Origin: Planctomycetota bacterium
GTDB taxonomy: Bacteria; Planctomycetota; UBA8108; SXIK01
Length of the DNA stretch: 64,000 nucleotides
Assembly (NCBI GenBank): GCA_965223845.1
Contig: CBDCXR010000004.1
Location: forward strand, 1,408,001-1,472,000
Direction of reading: 5' to 3'
Below the pieces are notes generated by a model, which made no database searches, was not told the DNA's origin, and worked only from the letters and a program-made list of their open reading frames with translations. This document shows, piece after piece, positions 48,438 through 60,000 of this stretch. Position 1 is the first letter of the stretch, and every line of letters begins with the position of its first letter. A program made the translations under genes and the position numbers.

Positions 48438-49718
48438 GTGACGCTCCACGTCGACTCGGAGATCGGTACGCTGCGCGAGGTGCTCGTCCATCTTCCGGGC
48501 CCCGAGGTCGATTCGATGCCGCCGGAACTCATGGGCGAGTTTCTCTTCGATGACATTCTCTACGGACCGGGAGCGCGGAGCGAGCACGCGCGCTTCACCG
48601 CCGTGTTGCGCTGCCTTGGGGCGAAGGTGACGGATTTCTCCGATTTGCTCGTCGGCGCGCTCGAGCACGCCGGCGACGCTCGGCGCGAGCTCCTCGATAC
48701 GGTCGCTCGCTTCGAGGAGCTTCCGCGGAGCACCTCCGCCGAGCTCGCCGCGCTCGGCCCCTCCGAGCTCGCCGAAGTCCTCATCGCAGGGCAGCGCGTA
48801 GATCGACGGGATCTCTCGCCCGAGAATCTCTTCCGTATCCTTCCCGTGCCCAATCTTCTCTTCTCGCGCGACGCTCAGGTCGTCCTCGGCGACGGGGTCG
48901 TCATCAGCGGGATGAGTCGCCGCGCGCGCCAGCGCGAGGCCCTCCTGAGCCGCTTCGTCTTTACTCATCACCCGCGCTTCGGCCCCGAGACGATCCGGGC
49001 CGACTTCGCCGCACCGCTTCGGCGTGCGTCATCGCGGACGCCGGCCCTGCCGACGCTTGAGGGCGGAGACATCCTCGTCTTTCGCGAGGGTGTCGTCGTC
49101 GCCGGAGTGAGCGAGCGGACGATGGAGCGCGGCGTCGACCGCTTGACCGAGACTCTTCGCTCGCTCGACCGGTTTCGGGCGCTCGTCATGGTGCCGCTCC
49201 CGCGACAGCGGAGCGCGATGCACCTCGATACGATCTTCACGCGCACCTCCGAGGACGACTGTCTCGTCTACGCGCCGCTGATCCTTCCCGGTGGTCCGGA
49301 GACGTTGAGCGTCATCACGATCGACCTCGCCCGAGCGGGCGACTGGGGGCGACGGCGCCCGTCCCTCCTCGAGGCGCTGCGTGAGCTCGGCGTCGATCTC
49401 CGTCCGATCTCCTGCGGCGGCGAGGACGACTACATCCAGCAGGCCCGCGAGCAGTGGACGGACGGCGCGAACTCGTTCGCGCAGCGACCGGGCCTCGTCT
49501 ACCTCTACGCTCGCAACACCAGAACGGCCGAAGAACTGGAGAAGCGCGGGTACCACGTGCTTTCCGTCGACGAGATGGACTTCGGCCCCGACGGCGAGTG
49601 CCGGTACGCGTTCACCGAAGGGACGCGCTACGCGATCCTCGTCGCCGGCCACGAGCTCTCGCGGGCGCGCGGCGGTCCGCGCTGCATGACGATGCCGCTC
49701 GTTCGCGCGCCCGCGTGA
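48438..49718 (+). CDS. arcA: Arginine deiminase
   Basis: V.SEIG.LREVLVH.PG.E, LFDD, NLLFSRD, EGGD, MHLDT, ELSRARGGPRCMTMP. Confidence 0.92.
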   Translation: MTLHVDSEIGTLREVLVHLPGPEVDSMPPELMGEFLFDDILYGPGARSEHARFTAVLRCLGAKVTDFSDLLVGALEHAGDARRELLDTVARFEELPRSTSAELAALGPSELAEVLIAGQRVDRRDLSPENLFRILPVPNLLFSRDAQVVLGDGVVISGMSRRARQREALLSRFVFTHHPRFGPETIRADFAAPLRRASSRTPALPTLEGGDILVFREGVVVAGVSERTMERGVDRLTETLRSLDRFRALVMVPLPRQRSAMHLDTIFTRTSEDDCLVYAPLILPGGPETLSVITIDLARAGDWGRRRPSLLEALRELGVDLRPISCGGEDDYIQQAREQWTDGANSFAQRPGLVYLYARNTRTAEELEKRGYHVLSVDEMDFGPDGECRYAFTEGTRYAILVAGHELSRARGGPRCMTMPLVRAPA

Positions 49719-49775
49719 TCGCCGTTTCGGCCGCGGGAGAACGTCGCGCTCCTCACTGGTCGCCGGCCGATCGGG

Positions 49776-49784
49776 TGGTACAAT
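49776..49784 (+). promoter_or_regulatory. Extended -10 promoter of typA
   Basis: TGGTACAAT about 50-70 nt upstream of typA. Confidence 0.5.
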
Positions 49785-49832
49785 CCCCGGCTCCGCTTTT
49801 CTGGCCCCGGACGCACTGAGACCGACTTCGAC

Positions 49833-51689
49833 GTGACCACGACCCCTACCTCGAGCATGCAGCAGACTGGCACTCAGGCGATCCGCAACGTCGCCATCAT
49901 CGCCCACGTCGATCACGGGAAGACGACGCTCGTCGACCGCTTCCTCGCCGCCACCGGATCGATCCCGTCTCACCAGGATCTCGGCGAACGGATTCTCGAT
50001 TCGAACGACCTCGAGCGCGAGCGCGGGATCACGATCCTCGCGAAGAACATCTCGCTTTACTACCGGGACGCCAAGATCAACATCATCGATACGCCCGGGC
50101 ACGCGGACTTCGGCGGGGAAGTCGAACGCGTGCTCCAGATGGCCGACGGGGCGATCGTCCTCGTCGACGCGGCCGAGGGGCCGATGCCGCAGACGCGCTT
50201 CGTCCTGCGAAAGGCGTTCGAGCAAAAGCTCGTGCCGGTCGTCGTCGTGAACAAGATCGACCGGAAGGACGCGCGTGCGGACGAAGTCGTCCACGAGATC
50301 GGCGATCTCTTTCTCGAACTCGCCGAAGAGGTGGACGTCGGCGACGAGCTCGACGTCCTCGACTTCCCGGTCGTCTACGCTTCGGCGCGCGAAGGTTACG
50401 CGGCATCGGAGCCGAACGGCGAGAGAGCGGGTGTCGAGCTCATCCTCGACCTCGTTCTCGATCGCGTACCCGCGCCGACCGATTCGGCGGACGGTCCGCT
50501 CGCGTTTCAGGTGACGACGCTCGACTACAGCGACTACGTCGGTCGGATCGGGATCGGTCGCGTCTACGGCGGCCGGCTCGAGAACGGGGCGCGCGTCCTC
50601 GTCTGCGGGCGAGACGGTGACCGGTCGGCGCGAGTCAAGGAGCTCTATCTCTTCGACAAGCTCGGCAAGATCGGGATTCCGTCGGTCGCCGCCGGCGACA
50701 TCTGTGCCGTGACGGGGATCGACGACCTCCAGATCGGCGAGACGCTCACCGATCCCGAGCATCCGGTTCGCCGCCCGTTCACCGAGGTCGATCGCCCGAC
50801 CGTTTCGATGCTGTTTTGCGTGAACGACAGTCCGTTCGCGGGGCAGGACGGGCGCTTCGTGACCTCGCGTCAGCTTCGCGCGCGGCTCTTCAAGGAGCTC
50901 GAGGCGAACGTCGCGCTCCGTGTCGAGGACACGTCCGACGCGGGCGTGTTCGAGGTCTCCGGGCGCGGAACTCTTCACCTCGGCATCCTCATCGAGACGA
51001 TGCGCCGCGAAGGCTACGAATTCCAGGTCGGCAAGCCGACGGTGATTCTCCGCGAAGAGCAGGGCGTTCGCCTCGAACCGGTCGAGCACCTCGTCGTTCA
51101 GACTCCGGAGAGCTCCGCCGGGAAAGTGATCGAGCTCATCGGTGCACGGCGAGGCGAGATGACTCGCTACGAGCCGCAGGGAGAACGGATGCTCATCGAG
51201 TTCCGGGTGCCTGCGCGCGGCCTCATCGGAATCGGGTCTCGCCTGATGACTCTCACCGCGGGCGAGGCCGTCGTGTTTCACAGCTTCTCGGGCTACGAGC
51301 CGTACAAGGGCTCGGTGCCGGGGCGGACGCAGGGAGTGATGGTCTCGAGTGAAAGTGGAGCGGCGATTCCGTACGCACTCTTCAGTCTGCGGGACCGCGG
51401 CCCGTTTTTCATCGAGCCCAATCAGCCCGTCTACAAGGGCATGGTCGTCGGCGAGCACTGTAAGGAAGACGACATCACGGTGAATGTCTGCCGTACGAAG
51501 AAGCTGACGAACATCCGCGCCGCGGGCTCCGACAAGAATGTGATCCTCTCGCCTCCGCGGCAGATGTCGATCGAGGAGGCGCTCGAGTACATCGAGGAAG
51601 ATGAGCTTCTCGAAGTGACGCCCAAGATCTACCGCCTCCGGAAGAAAGCCCTCGACCCGAAGGCGCGTCGGCGCGAATCGCGGCGCTGA
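49833..51689 (+). CDS. typA: Translational GTPase TypA/BipA (start may be ATG 49857)
   Basis: [54 protein letters not shown]. Confidence 0.98.
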   Translation: MTTTPTSSMQQTGTQAIRNVAIIAHVDHGKTTLVDRFLAATGSIPSHQDLGERILDSNDLERERGITILAKNISLYYRDAKINIIDTPGHADFGGEVERVLQMADGAIVLVDAAEGPMPQTRFVLRKAFEQKLVPVVVVNKIDRKDARADEVVHEIGDLFLELAEEVDVGDELDVLDFPVVYASAREGYAASEPNGERAGVELILDLVLDRVPAPTDSADGPLAFQVTTLDYSDYVGRIGIGRVYGGRLENGARVLVCGRDGDRSARVKELYLFDKLGKIGIPSVAAGDICAVTGIDDLQIGETLTDPEHPVRRPFTEVDRPTVSMLFCVNDSPFAGQDGRFVTSRQLRARLFKELEANVALRVEDTSDAGVFEVSGRGTLHLGILIETMRREGYEFQVGKPTVILREEQGVRLEPVEHLVVQTPESSAGKVIELIGARRGEMTRYEPQGERMLIEFRVPARGLIGIGSRLMTLTAGEAVVFHSFSGYEPYKGSVPGRTQGVMVSSESGAAIPYALFSLRDRGPFFIEPNQPVYKGMVVGEHCKEDDITVNVCRTKKLTNIRAAGSDKNVILSPPRQMSIEEALEYIEEDELLEVTPKIYRLRKKALDPKARRRESRR

Positions 51690-52147
51690 GGTGCCGCTAA
51701 GGCCTTCGGATTCGCCGAGGTCCGCGGGCGGAGAGGTCGAGGCGACCTCGGCGTCCGGGTCGTCGCGCGACTAGCTGGCGGGGGTGGACTCTGGTCGTCG
51801 ACCGTCGGCGCCGGGGACGCCGACGTTACGCGCGGGCGTTCATCTTGAACGTCTCACCTCTAGCCGCGGTACTCCCCCCGCGTCGGATCGGCGTTCGAGA
51901 CCGGCTCCCAAGCGGCTCTGCGAACGGTTGTCGCTCGTCATTCTCGTCCCGACGCGGGCGCGCCGGTCGTGTCGAGCTCTGCGCGAGGAGAGGACTTACG
52001 ACTCGAGGCGGCAACGGGAGCGCTTCGCTCTATAATGATCCAGCGCGCGAGCGGCAAAGGGTGACATCGCCGGGACCGGTGGGTTCCGCCGATGGGGAGT
52101 GCTAGAGCTCGTCCCTTCTCGGGTTCGAGCCAGAGAAGGAGAGGGTC

Positions 52148-55100
52148 ATGGCATCACGCTGCATGCGGAGCCGATGTCGTGCGCGCGGAGTCCGTGTGCG
52201 CACGTCTCGGGTGCGACGATCGATCCCCGTACGGGGGAGACGGGGGCCATCCCGCGGGGAAGTCGCGAAGCTTGTTTTCGCGGGTCTTGTCGCCGGTTGC
52301 TTCGTGCTCGCTCCCGAGCGCGAAGTGCGTGCGCAGGACCGCGAGGCGACGCTTCGCTTCAACACCGCCGGCCGGCTCTACCGGCAGGAGAACTGGGCGG
52401 AAGCGCGGGTCGCGTTCGACGAGTTTCTCACCAAGTTCGGCCGTCACGAGAAGGCCGGAGAAGCGCGATTCGCTCGCGGCTACTGTCATCTCCGCCTCGA
52501 GCGGTACGCCGACGCCGTGCGCGACTTCGATTCGGCGGTGCGGGCACCGAACGCGTCGGGGTCGGCTTGGTTCGCGGACGCGTACTTCTACGCGGGGGAG
52601 GCCCGGGACGCGCTCGCTGCGAGCGGAGACGCCGATTCGGCCCGGCGCGCAGCGTTGCTGCGGGCGGCGGCGAAGAGCTATGGCGAGGCCGCCGCCGTTT
52701 GGGATCGGGTGAATTCGTCCGACTCGCGCGAGCGAGCTCGGGTGACGAGCCGGCGCGCGAGCGCGCTCGCCGCGCAGGGGGAGGCGCTCTATCACGCCGG
52801 CGACATCGCGCGGGCCCGGGAGACTCTGAAACCGTTTCTCGACGACGTCCGTGCGGGCGGTCGCCCCGCGCGATCGGCGGTTGGAGACGCGCAGGGGCGC
52901 GCTCTCTACTTCTTGGCCCTCGCCGAGTACTCGGGCGCGCGCGGGACGGAGCGGCCGAATTACACCGTCGCTCTTGCGGCGCTGAGTGTGCTGACCGAGG
53001 CCGGTCGCGAGCGGACGCCACTTTGGGAGGAGGCGGCCTTTCTCGCGGCGCAGATTCACGCGCTTGCGGGCGATCGTGACCGCGCACTCGCACTCTACGG
53101 CCGTGTTGTCGAGCGCAGGGGGCCGCGAGCCGAAGAGGCTGGCTATCGCCTCGCTCTCACTCGCTACGACTCGGGCACGCGAACGGATCTCCAGGCGGCG
53201 GCGAAGAGACTCTCCGAGTTTCGGCAGCGCTCGCCGGACCATCCGCTCGCGATCGAGGCACTCCACTTCGAAGGCTTGGCGCTGTTTCGTCTTCAGCGGT
53301 TCGAGGAAGCGGCCGAGCGTCTTTCCGATCTCGTCTCCGACGGGGCGACTCCGAAGGCGATCCGCGCGTCGGCGGGCTTGACACTCGGGCAGGCGCTTCT
53401 CCTCGCGCGGAAGGCGGATCCCGCGCGGGCGGAAAAAGTGCTCGATCGAGCGGCTCGGGACGCTCCGCCCGGCTCGAAAGAGCACGCTCAGATTTCCTTC
53501 TGGCGCGGGGAAGCACTGCTCGCCGTGAACGACGTCGATTCGGCGCGAGCCGCAGCGAGGGTGCTCGGTGCCGTCGCTGCTTCGGCTCGAACGGTCTCGC
53601 CCCGCATCGCCGAGGAGGCCTTGTTCAAGCAGGCGGAAGCGGCGTACCGCGCGGGCGAACACGCCGAGTGCGCGGCGCTAGGAGAGCGCTACCGGCGTGC
53701 GTATCCGCGCGCTCGCGCGCGGTTCTACGTCGAGTCGCTGAAGCTGTCTGGCCAGAACGCACTCTACGCGCCAGAGGATGCACTCGCCGATTCTGTCCGC
53801 GCCGTCGCCGCCGAGCATTACGAGGAGGCCGCGGCGCTCATCGACGATCCGGCCCAGGCGGCCGAGCTCCGGTATTTCGCGGGCATAGCACACTACCGCG
53901 CCGGAAAGTTCACTCAGGCGGCCGAGACGTTGGCCGGCGTCGATCGCGCGCGCGCGGATCTCGAACGAGAACCGGCAGCGTTCGCTGAGCTCGGCTTCTA
54001 CCTCGCGGATTCGCTCGCTCAAATCCCGCGCCGGTCGCCGCCGAGTCCGGAGGACGTCGCGCGTGCGGAAACCGCCGCGAAGCGATTCGAGGATTACCTT
54101 CGCGTGCCGAATCGGCAGCATGCCGAAACCGCACGGGTGCAGCAGGGCCTCCTCTACGAAGAGCTCGGGCAGATCGATCGGGCGCGCGATGCGTATCGGC
54201 GATTTCTCGCCGACCACCCGCGCAGCGAACGGGCGGCGACGATCCGCTTCGCTCTCGCCGACGCGCACCTAGCGCTCGAGGAGTTCGAGCGCGCTGCGGA
54301 AGCCTACCGCGTCGCCGCCGAGAGCGGCGGCGAGCCGGCGCTGCGCGCCCGCGCGTATCTCCAAGCCGCGACTCTCGAGCGGCGTCTTTCGCGCGGAACC
54401 GAGGCGCTCGCGCTGATCGAGCGGGCGTCGGCGCTCGCGCGCGACCTCGGACGAGTCGCGGGGGACGGACTGCGCGCTCGGATCGCGTTCGACCGAGCAT
54501 CGACGCTGCTCGACCTCGGACGCGACGCCGACGCAAAGACCGCCTACGCGCGCTACTTGAAAGAGTACGCCGGCGGCGAGCACGAATCCGAGTGCCGCGT
54601 GCAGCTCGGCTATCTCCACGTCGAGGCCGGCGACGGAGACGAGGCGATGCGCGTTGTCGAGCCGCTCGTGCGCGGACCTAAATCGGATGAACGCCGCCCC
54701 GACGCTCTCTATGTTCGTGCCTGGGCACTGAGTGACGCTGCGGCGGCGAGCGGCGACCCAAAGGTCGCGACCGCACTCGATCGACGCCGGGAGGCGGACT
54801 ATCAAACGATTCTTCGCGATCATCCCAGAGCGAAGATCGCGAGCGAGGCGCGGCTCGAGCTGGCTCAGCTCTTCTTCAACCGCGGCGAGTGGGACGTCGC
54901 GAAGCGCGAGTTTGGCCGCGTTGTCGAAGCGTTCGAGTCGGAGGACGCGACGCCGCGCCCCGATCTCCACCTTCAGGGCCAGCTCGGCCTCGCGTTCGTT
55001 CACTTTCAGACCGAGGACTATTCTTCGGCGCGTTCGCTGTTCGATCGCGTCGCCGGAGCGGCCGAAGACGACGCGGAGCTGCTCGTCCGCGCGACGTTCT

Positions 55101-55690
55101 ACGCGGGCCGCTCGTGGATGCTCAGCCGCGGGGTCCGGCAGGCGCGGCGCCGCTTCGAGCGTGTCGTCGGGGAGCTCAAGGAGAGCGCCGGCGAGCTCCT
55201 CGAGGAAGCGCTCCTCCGGCTCGGCGAGTGCTGTCACCGCGTCGAGGACTACACGGCGGCGGCCAAAACGTACCGGCGGCAGCTCGACGAGATCCCGGAC
55301 GGCCGGCGACGCCACGAAGCGCGCTTCGGGCTCGGACTCGCGTACCAGTTCCTCGATCGCCCGGATGATGCCGTCGAGCTCTTCACGGAAGTCACCCGCG
55401 CGACCACCGCGCCGATCGCCGCGCGGGCGCAGTATCACATCGGTGAGTGCTACATGGACGGCGAGAAGCACCGCGAAGCTGCGCGGGCGTTTCTGGCGGT
55501 AGTAGCGAGTTTCGACTTCGAAGGCGACTACCGTCCGTGGCTCCGCCGCGCACTTCTCGCCGCCGGAATCGCCTACGCCGCGGCGGGTGACTCCGCCGCG
55601 GCGGAAACACAGTGGAAGGAACTCGTCGCGCGCTTCCCGGGCTCGGACGAAGCAGCGGCGGCTAAGACAAGACTGGAGGAGGTGAAGTGA
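52148..55690 (+). CDS. Large exported tetratricopeptide-repeat protein
   Basis: GAAGGAG RBS; signal-like segment ending VRAQ; continuous TPR-like repeats (e.g. YRRFLADHPRS, ARFPGS..A..A..RL). Confidence 0.88.
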   Translation: MASRCMRSRCRARGVRVRTSRVRRSIPVRGRRGPSRGEVAKLVFAGLVAGCFVLAPEREVRAQDREATLRFNTAGRLYRQENWAEARVAFDEFLTKFGRHEKAGEARFARGYCHLRLERYADAVRDFDSAVRAPNASGSAWFADAYFYAGEARDALAASGDADSARRAALLRAAAKSYGEAAAVWDRVNSSDSRERARVTSRRASALAAQGEALYHAGDIARARETLKPFLDDVRAGGRPARSAVGDAQGRALYFLALAEYSGARGTERPNYTVALAALSVLTEAGRERTPLWEEAAFLAAQIHALAGDRDRALALYGRVVERRGPRAEEAGYRLALTRYDSGTRTDLQAAAKRLSEFRQRSPDHPLAIEALHFEGLALFRLQRFEEAAERLSDLVSDGATPKAIRASAGLTLGQALLLARKADPARAEKVLDRAARDAPPGSKEHAQISFWRGEALLAVNDVDSARAAARVLGAVAASARTVSPRIAEEALFKQAEAAYRAGEHAECAALGERYRRAYPRARARFYVESLKLSGQNALYAPEDALADSVRAVAAEHYEEAAALIDDPAQAAELRYFAGIAHYRAGKFTQAAETLAGVDRARADLEREPAAFAELGFYLADSLAQIPRRSPPSPEDVARAETAAKRFEDYLRVPNRQHAETARVQQGLLYEELGQIDRARDAYRRFLADHPRSERAATIRFALADAHLALEEFERAAEAYRVAAESGGEPALRARAYLQAATLERRLSRGTEALALIERASALARDLGRVAGDGLRARIAFDRASTLLDLGRDADAKTAYARYLKEYAGGEHESECRVQLGYLHVEAGDGDEAMRVVEPLVRGPKSDERRPDALYVRAWALSDAAAASGDPKVATALDRRREADYQTILRDHPRAKIASEARLELAQLFFNRGEWDVAKREFGRVVEAFESEDATPRPDLHLQGQLGLAFVHFQTEDYSSARSLFDRVAGAAEDDAELLVRATFYAGRSWMLSRGVRQARRRFERVVGELKESAGELLEEALLRLGECCHRVEDYTAAAKTYRRQLDEIPDGRRRHEARFGLGLAYQFLDRPDDAVELFTEVTRATTAPIAARAQYHIGECYMDGEKHREAARAFLAVVASFDFEGDYRPWLRRALLAAGIAYAAAGDSAAAETQWKELVARFPGSDEAAAAKTRLEEVK

Positions 55691-56523
55691 TGATTCGATC
55701 CCAGAAGCAGTCGAAGCGAATGTCGAGCGGTGCGCGAACGGCCATCGTCGCCACCTCACTCGTTCTCGTCGCGGCGCTCGGGCTGCAGGTCCGCGCCCAA
55801 GTCGAGACTGAATCGGCACCGGCCGAGAGCGCCGCTTCTGCCACTCGAGTTCCTCCGCCTCCGCCAGCGGGAACAATCCTCCCGACCGAGGAACACCCCG
55901 AGTCGTATCTCGAATTCGCACTCGCGGGCGGCTACCTGATGATTCCGATCGCGCTCCTCAGCGTCGTATGGCTGACGTTTCTGATCGAGCGGCTCACGGC
56001 GCTCCGCCGCGCGCGGGTGTTTCCGCGGGCGCTCGCGTCCGATCTCTCGATGCTCCAGCCGGGCAAGACGGACGGAGACGCGGTCGAGCGCATCCTCACC
56101 GAGCGGGATTCGAGTTGCGCGCGGATCGTTCGGACGGCAGCGAAGCACCTCGGTTCCGATCGCGAGAACATCGAGTTCTACGTCAACGATGCCGCGCAGC
56201 GCGAGGTCCACAAGCTGCGCCGATTCATCGGCGTCTTCGCCGTGATCGCCTCGGTGGCGCCGCTACTCGGACTCCTCGGGACGGTGACGGGAATGATTCA
56301 GGCGTTCCGCGAGGTGGCGCTCGAAGGACTCGGCTCCGGTCAAGCGCTCGCGCCGGGAATCTACCAGGCACTCGTCACGACCGCCGCGGGACTCATCGTC
56401 GCGATTCCTGCGCTCGTGACCTACCACTGGCTTCACTCGCGCATCGATAACTACCTTCATTCGATCAACGCGCTCGTCGTCGATTTCGTCGAAGCCCGCG
56501 GGCTCAGAGGAGCGGCGTCATGA
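55687..56523 (+). CDS. exbB: MotA/TolQ/ExbB proton channel protein with N-terminal signal
   Basis: GGYLMIPI; APLLGLLGTVTGMIQAF; GIYQALVTTAAGLIVAIPA. Confidence 0.93.
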   Translation: MMIRSQKQSKRMSSGARTAIVATSLVLVAALGLQVRAQVETESAPAESAASATRVPPPPPAGTILPTEEHPESYLEFALAGGYLMIPIALLSVVWLTFLIERLTALRRARVFPRALASDLSMLQPGKTDGDAVERILTERDSSCARIVRTAAKHLGSDRENIEFYVNDAAQREVHKLRRFIGVFAVIASVAPLLGLLGTVTGMIQAFREVALEGLGSGQALAPGIYQALVTTAAGLIVAIPALVTYHWLHSRIDNYLHSINALVVDFVEARGLRGAAS

Positions 56524-56942
56524 TTCACATCGAATCGCAGCGCGAGCGACTTCAGCTCAATATGGCGCCGATGGTCGACATGATTTTCCTCCTCGTGATC
56601 TTCTTCCTCACGACGACGTCCTTCACGGACAAGGAGCGTGAGCAGGACGTCTTGCTGCCGGCGAATCGAACGCCGGGGAGTCTCAGCCGGAACGCCGACA
56701 ATCACCTCATCGTCAACGTCCTCGCTGAAGGCGGCGTACGAGTCTACGGCGACGACGTCGACCGAACCGAGCTCGCGGCGATCATTCGCGAGCGACGCGA
56801 GCGTGCGCGGCGCCCGCTGAAGGTGCAGGTGCGCGCTGATCGCCGCGCGGCTTACGGTCACGTCGCTCTCGCGCTCGAGTCGATCGAGCGGGGCGGTGTC
56901 GCCCGGCCGTACATCGTGACGAAGCTCGTCGAGCTCGAATGA
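56520..56942 (+). CDS. exbD: ExbD/TolR protein
   Basis: NMAPMVDMIFLLVIFF with the essential Asp; VRAD. Confidence 0.93.
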   Translation: MIHIESQRERLQLNMAPMVDMIFLLVIFFLTTTSFTDKEREQDVLLPANRTPGSLSRNADNHLIVNVLAEGGVRVYGDDVDRTELAAIIRERRERARRPLKVQVRADRRAAYGHVALALESIERGGVARPYIVTKLVELE

Positions 56943-57035
56943 GCGGCGAGCGCGGCCGCGTGGAGCGCCGCGGTCGCCGTAGTGCACTCCGTCGGGCGAA
57001 CGGGAAGACGTCGAGCGAGAAGACGAGGGACGAAC

Positions 57036-60000
57036 ATGGGCTCAGATCGAAAAAGTACGCAGCGAAGCAGGAACGGGTCGCGAATTCGGTGGGGGTGGCT
57101 CGGCATCGCCGCGATCGCCGTCGCGGTGGCGCTCCCGTTTATCGTCCACCGAACGATGTCGTACTACACCGATGGTGACCGACTGCGGGAGGACGCGGAC
57201 CTCGCCGAAGATGCACTGCGATCGATCCTCTGGGAACCGTCGCGTCCCCTCGAGCCGCTCCTCAGCTCACCCCAATCCGACGAGTACGAACCGCGGGTGA
57301 GTCCATTCGGCGACGAGTTGATCTTCACTCGCCGGCGTCCGGGCCAGAACGCCGATCTTTGGTCGAGCGTGCGGCGACGCGGACGCTGGATGGAGCCGCG
57401 TCCAGTCGACGGCGTGAACACCGATGCGGACGAGCTCGGCGCCGCGTTTAGCGCCGACGGCGAACGCCTCTACTTCTACTCGAACCGCGAGGGTGGACTC
57501 GGCGGCTACGACATCTGGTCCAGCCGGCGAGAAGATGACGGAAGCTGGGGGCCTGCGACCAATCTCGGTCCCGCGGTCAACTCACCGTGGAACGAGATGA
57601 GCCCGGCTCCCGATGATCGCCGCCGGCGTCTCTTCTTTACGAGCGACCGCCGTGCGGGCGCCGAAACCTCGCCGCCGTGGACCGCGACGATTCGCGCGCG
57701 CCTGAACGCCGCGGAATACGACATCTACGTCGCCAGGCGTCCGAACGAGTCGACAGCGGACGGCGGAGGTGGAAACTCCGCCGATGAAACGGATGCGAGC
57801 GAACTCGCGTTCGCGCCGGCCGAGCCGTTCTCCGCGCTCAACCGTCCCGGCTCCGCCGAAGGCGCCGTCGCCGTGTCGCCGCTCGACGATTTTCTCTACT
57901 TCTCGAGCAATCGACACGGCGGAGAGGGCGGATTCGACCTCTACCGCGTGCGGATCAACCGCGAAGAGCCCGGTCCGATCGAGTCTCTGGGGCCGCAGGT
58001 GAACACGACGTCGGACGAGATCGATCCCGCGCTCGCCACCGGCGGCTACGAGCTCTACTTCGCGCGGGCCGTCGACGGTCAGGAGGATCTCTTCGTCTCG
58101 CTCTCCCGCGAGGTCTACATGGACCGAGAGAGCGGAGATCCGTACTGGAGCATCGGTGCGGTGCTGCGATTCCTCTCTGAGCTCTTGCGTCTAATTCCTT
58201 TCGATGTTCTCGCGTTTCTCGTTTGTCTCCTCCTCGCCGCGCTACTCTACGCGCTCGTTCGAAAGCTCCTCCGGCGACCGAGTCTTCTTCTGCGTGCGCT
58301 CTTGGTTGCGGTCCTTCTGCACCTGTGCACGGCGCTTTGGATGCACCGACACGATGTCGAGCGCATGCTCTTCGACGGTGTCGCCGATGAGGAAGAGTTC
58401 GACGCGTTCGAGGTCACGGTCGAGGGGCTGCCCGAAGAGTCGGTCGGAGTCGCGATCCGCGAAGCGACGGCGAGTCCTCTCGAATCGGAGGAGCACGTCG
58501 CGCTCGCACTCTCTCGCGAACGTCCGGAGGAAGCGGACCGTGAAGCGGCCGAAGGAAGCACTCCGGAACCGCTCGCTCCGGAGTTCACCGCAGGCGAAGT
58601 GCGAGATCTTCCCCCGCCCGAATTCGCGGCGACTGCGCTCGCGGACGCCGAGCTTCCCGACGCGCCGCTTCGCGGTTCCGAACCTCGGAGTGACATCGCC
58701 GCCGCGGCCGAAGACGACGCGGCGCCCGAGATCGCGGCGCAATCGGTCACGCCAGAAGAGTCGGCGGCGCCGGCGTCTGTCACTCGACTCGAGTCGCCGA
58801 GCCGCCGGTCGGTACGGGATCGAACGTCGGGTGAGGGGGTGGGGGAAGAGTTCGCGCCCCTTGCGGTCGAAGTGAACATCGCCGCTCGTTCGGCCCCCGA
58901 AGGCGCGCCGCGCGCTACCGTTCCGCGTGCCTCGCCGTCCGTAGCTACCCGGGCGACCGCTCCGCCCGACGTGTCCACCGCAACCGCACCGCCTCGCCGA
59001 AGCCGAAGCGAAGCTCCGTCGCCGCCTTCCCCGATCGCGAGCGTCGCCCCCCGGCCGGGCCCCGCTCCGACAGCGAGCGCGCCGCGACTCGAGTCCCGTC
59101 GACGCGGCGTCCGGCGAGACGCGGAGGACGAGCGACCGCGGGCGCTCGATTCGCTGGCTCCCCGCCTCGAGCGCCGCGAGGACGCGCGACAGCGCTTGCC
59201 CCGGGCCGCGGACTTGCCGCGCGTCGCGCGAAGGCTCGACGAACGGTCGAGAGCGGAAGCCGCGTCGCAGGCTGCCTCCGCGCTCGAGCGCGCGCCTTCG
59301 AGGCGCGATCGCGTAGAGCTCGCGGTGCCCTCTTCGCCGAGCACGGTTCGCACGGAGCCCGCACCGACGCTCACCCGCGAAACCCTCGCTCGTACGGAAG
59401 AAGACACGCTTCCCAGCACCCCGAAGGGGAGTGAGGTCGCCGCTCGCGACGAGGGAGCGACCGTCGCCAGCGCGAGAGCGGCGGAGTCGAATCCGTCAAG
59501 TCAGGTGAAACTTCGGCGTGATCGTCGACGCCGGGCCTCGCGGGACCCGCACCGGGAACTGCGCAGCCTCGGTGTGCGCGCGCGAACGGCCACCGCCCCT
59601 CTCGATCGGTCGAAGCCGGCACCGGCGACGTCCCGCGAAGAGCTCGCGGCCAAGGTGGAGCTGCCGAAGCCGAGTGCGAGCGTCGCGACTCCGATCGTCA
59701 CTCGCATCCGACCCGCCGAACCGGAGCGAGAGCGTCCGCAGATCTACGAGCTGAGAGCGAAGGATCGGCGCGAAACGGCACTCGCTCGCGGGGGTGGGAG
59801 TGAACGGACCGAGCGCGCAGTGGAGGACGGGCTCGATTGGCTCGTTCGACACCAATCGCCCGATGGCCGGTGGCGACTCGATCGCTACACCGATCATCTG
59901 CCTTCGACGTCTCTCCGCGATCTTCAGCACCCCGGATGGAACGGCCGCGGGCGGACGTCGAGTCGCGGCGGGCGCGGAAAGGCTGCGAAGGGCGACGCCG

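Noticed and set aside
49029-51458. 809-aa antisense ORF (also 28112-30100, 52154-53662, 54269-55921, 34047-35525 and many others)
   Set aside because: Shadow ORFs opposite or overlapping well-supported genes, expected in high-GC DNA, with no recognisable motifs
52031-52036. Perfect TATAAT upstream of the TPR operon (also 18307-18312 minus, before glgB)
   Set aside because: No recognisable -35 or TG extension; plausible but too weak to list as promoters
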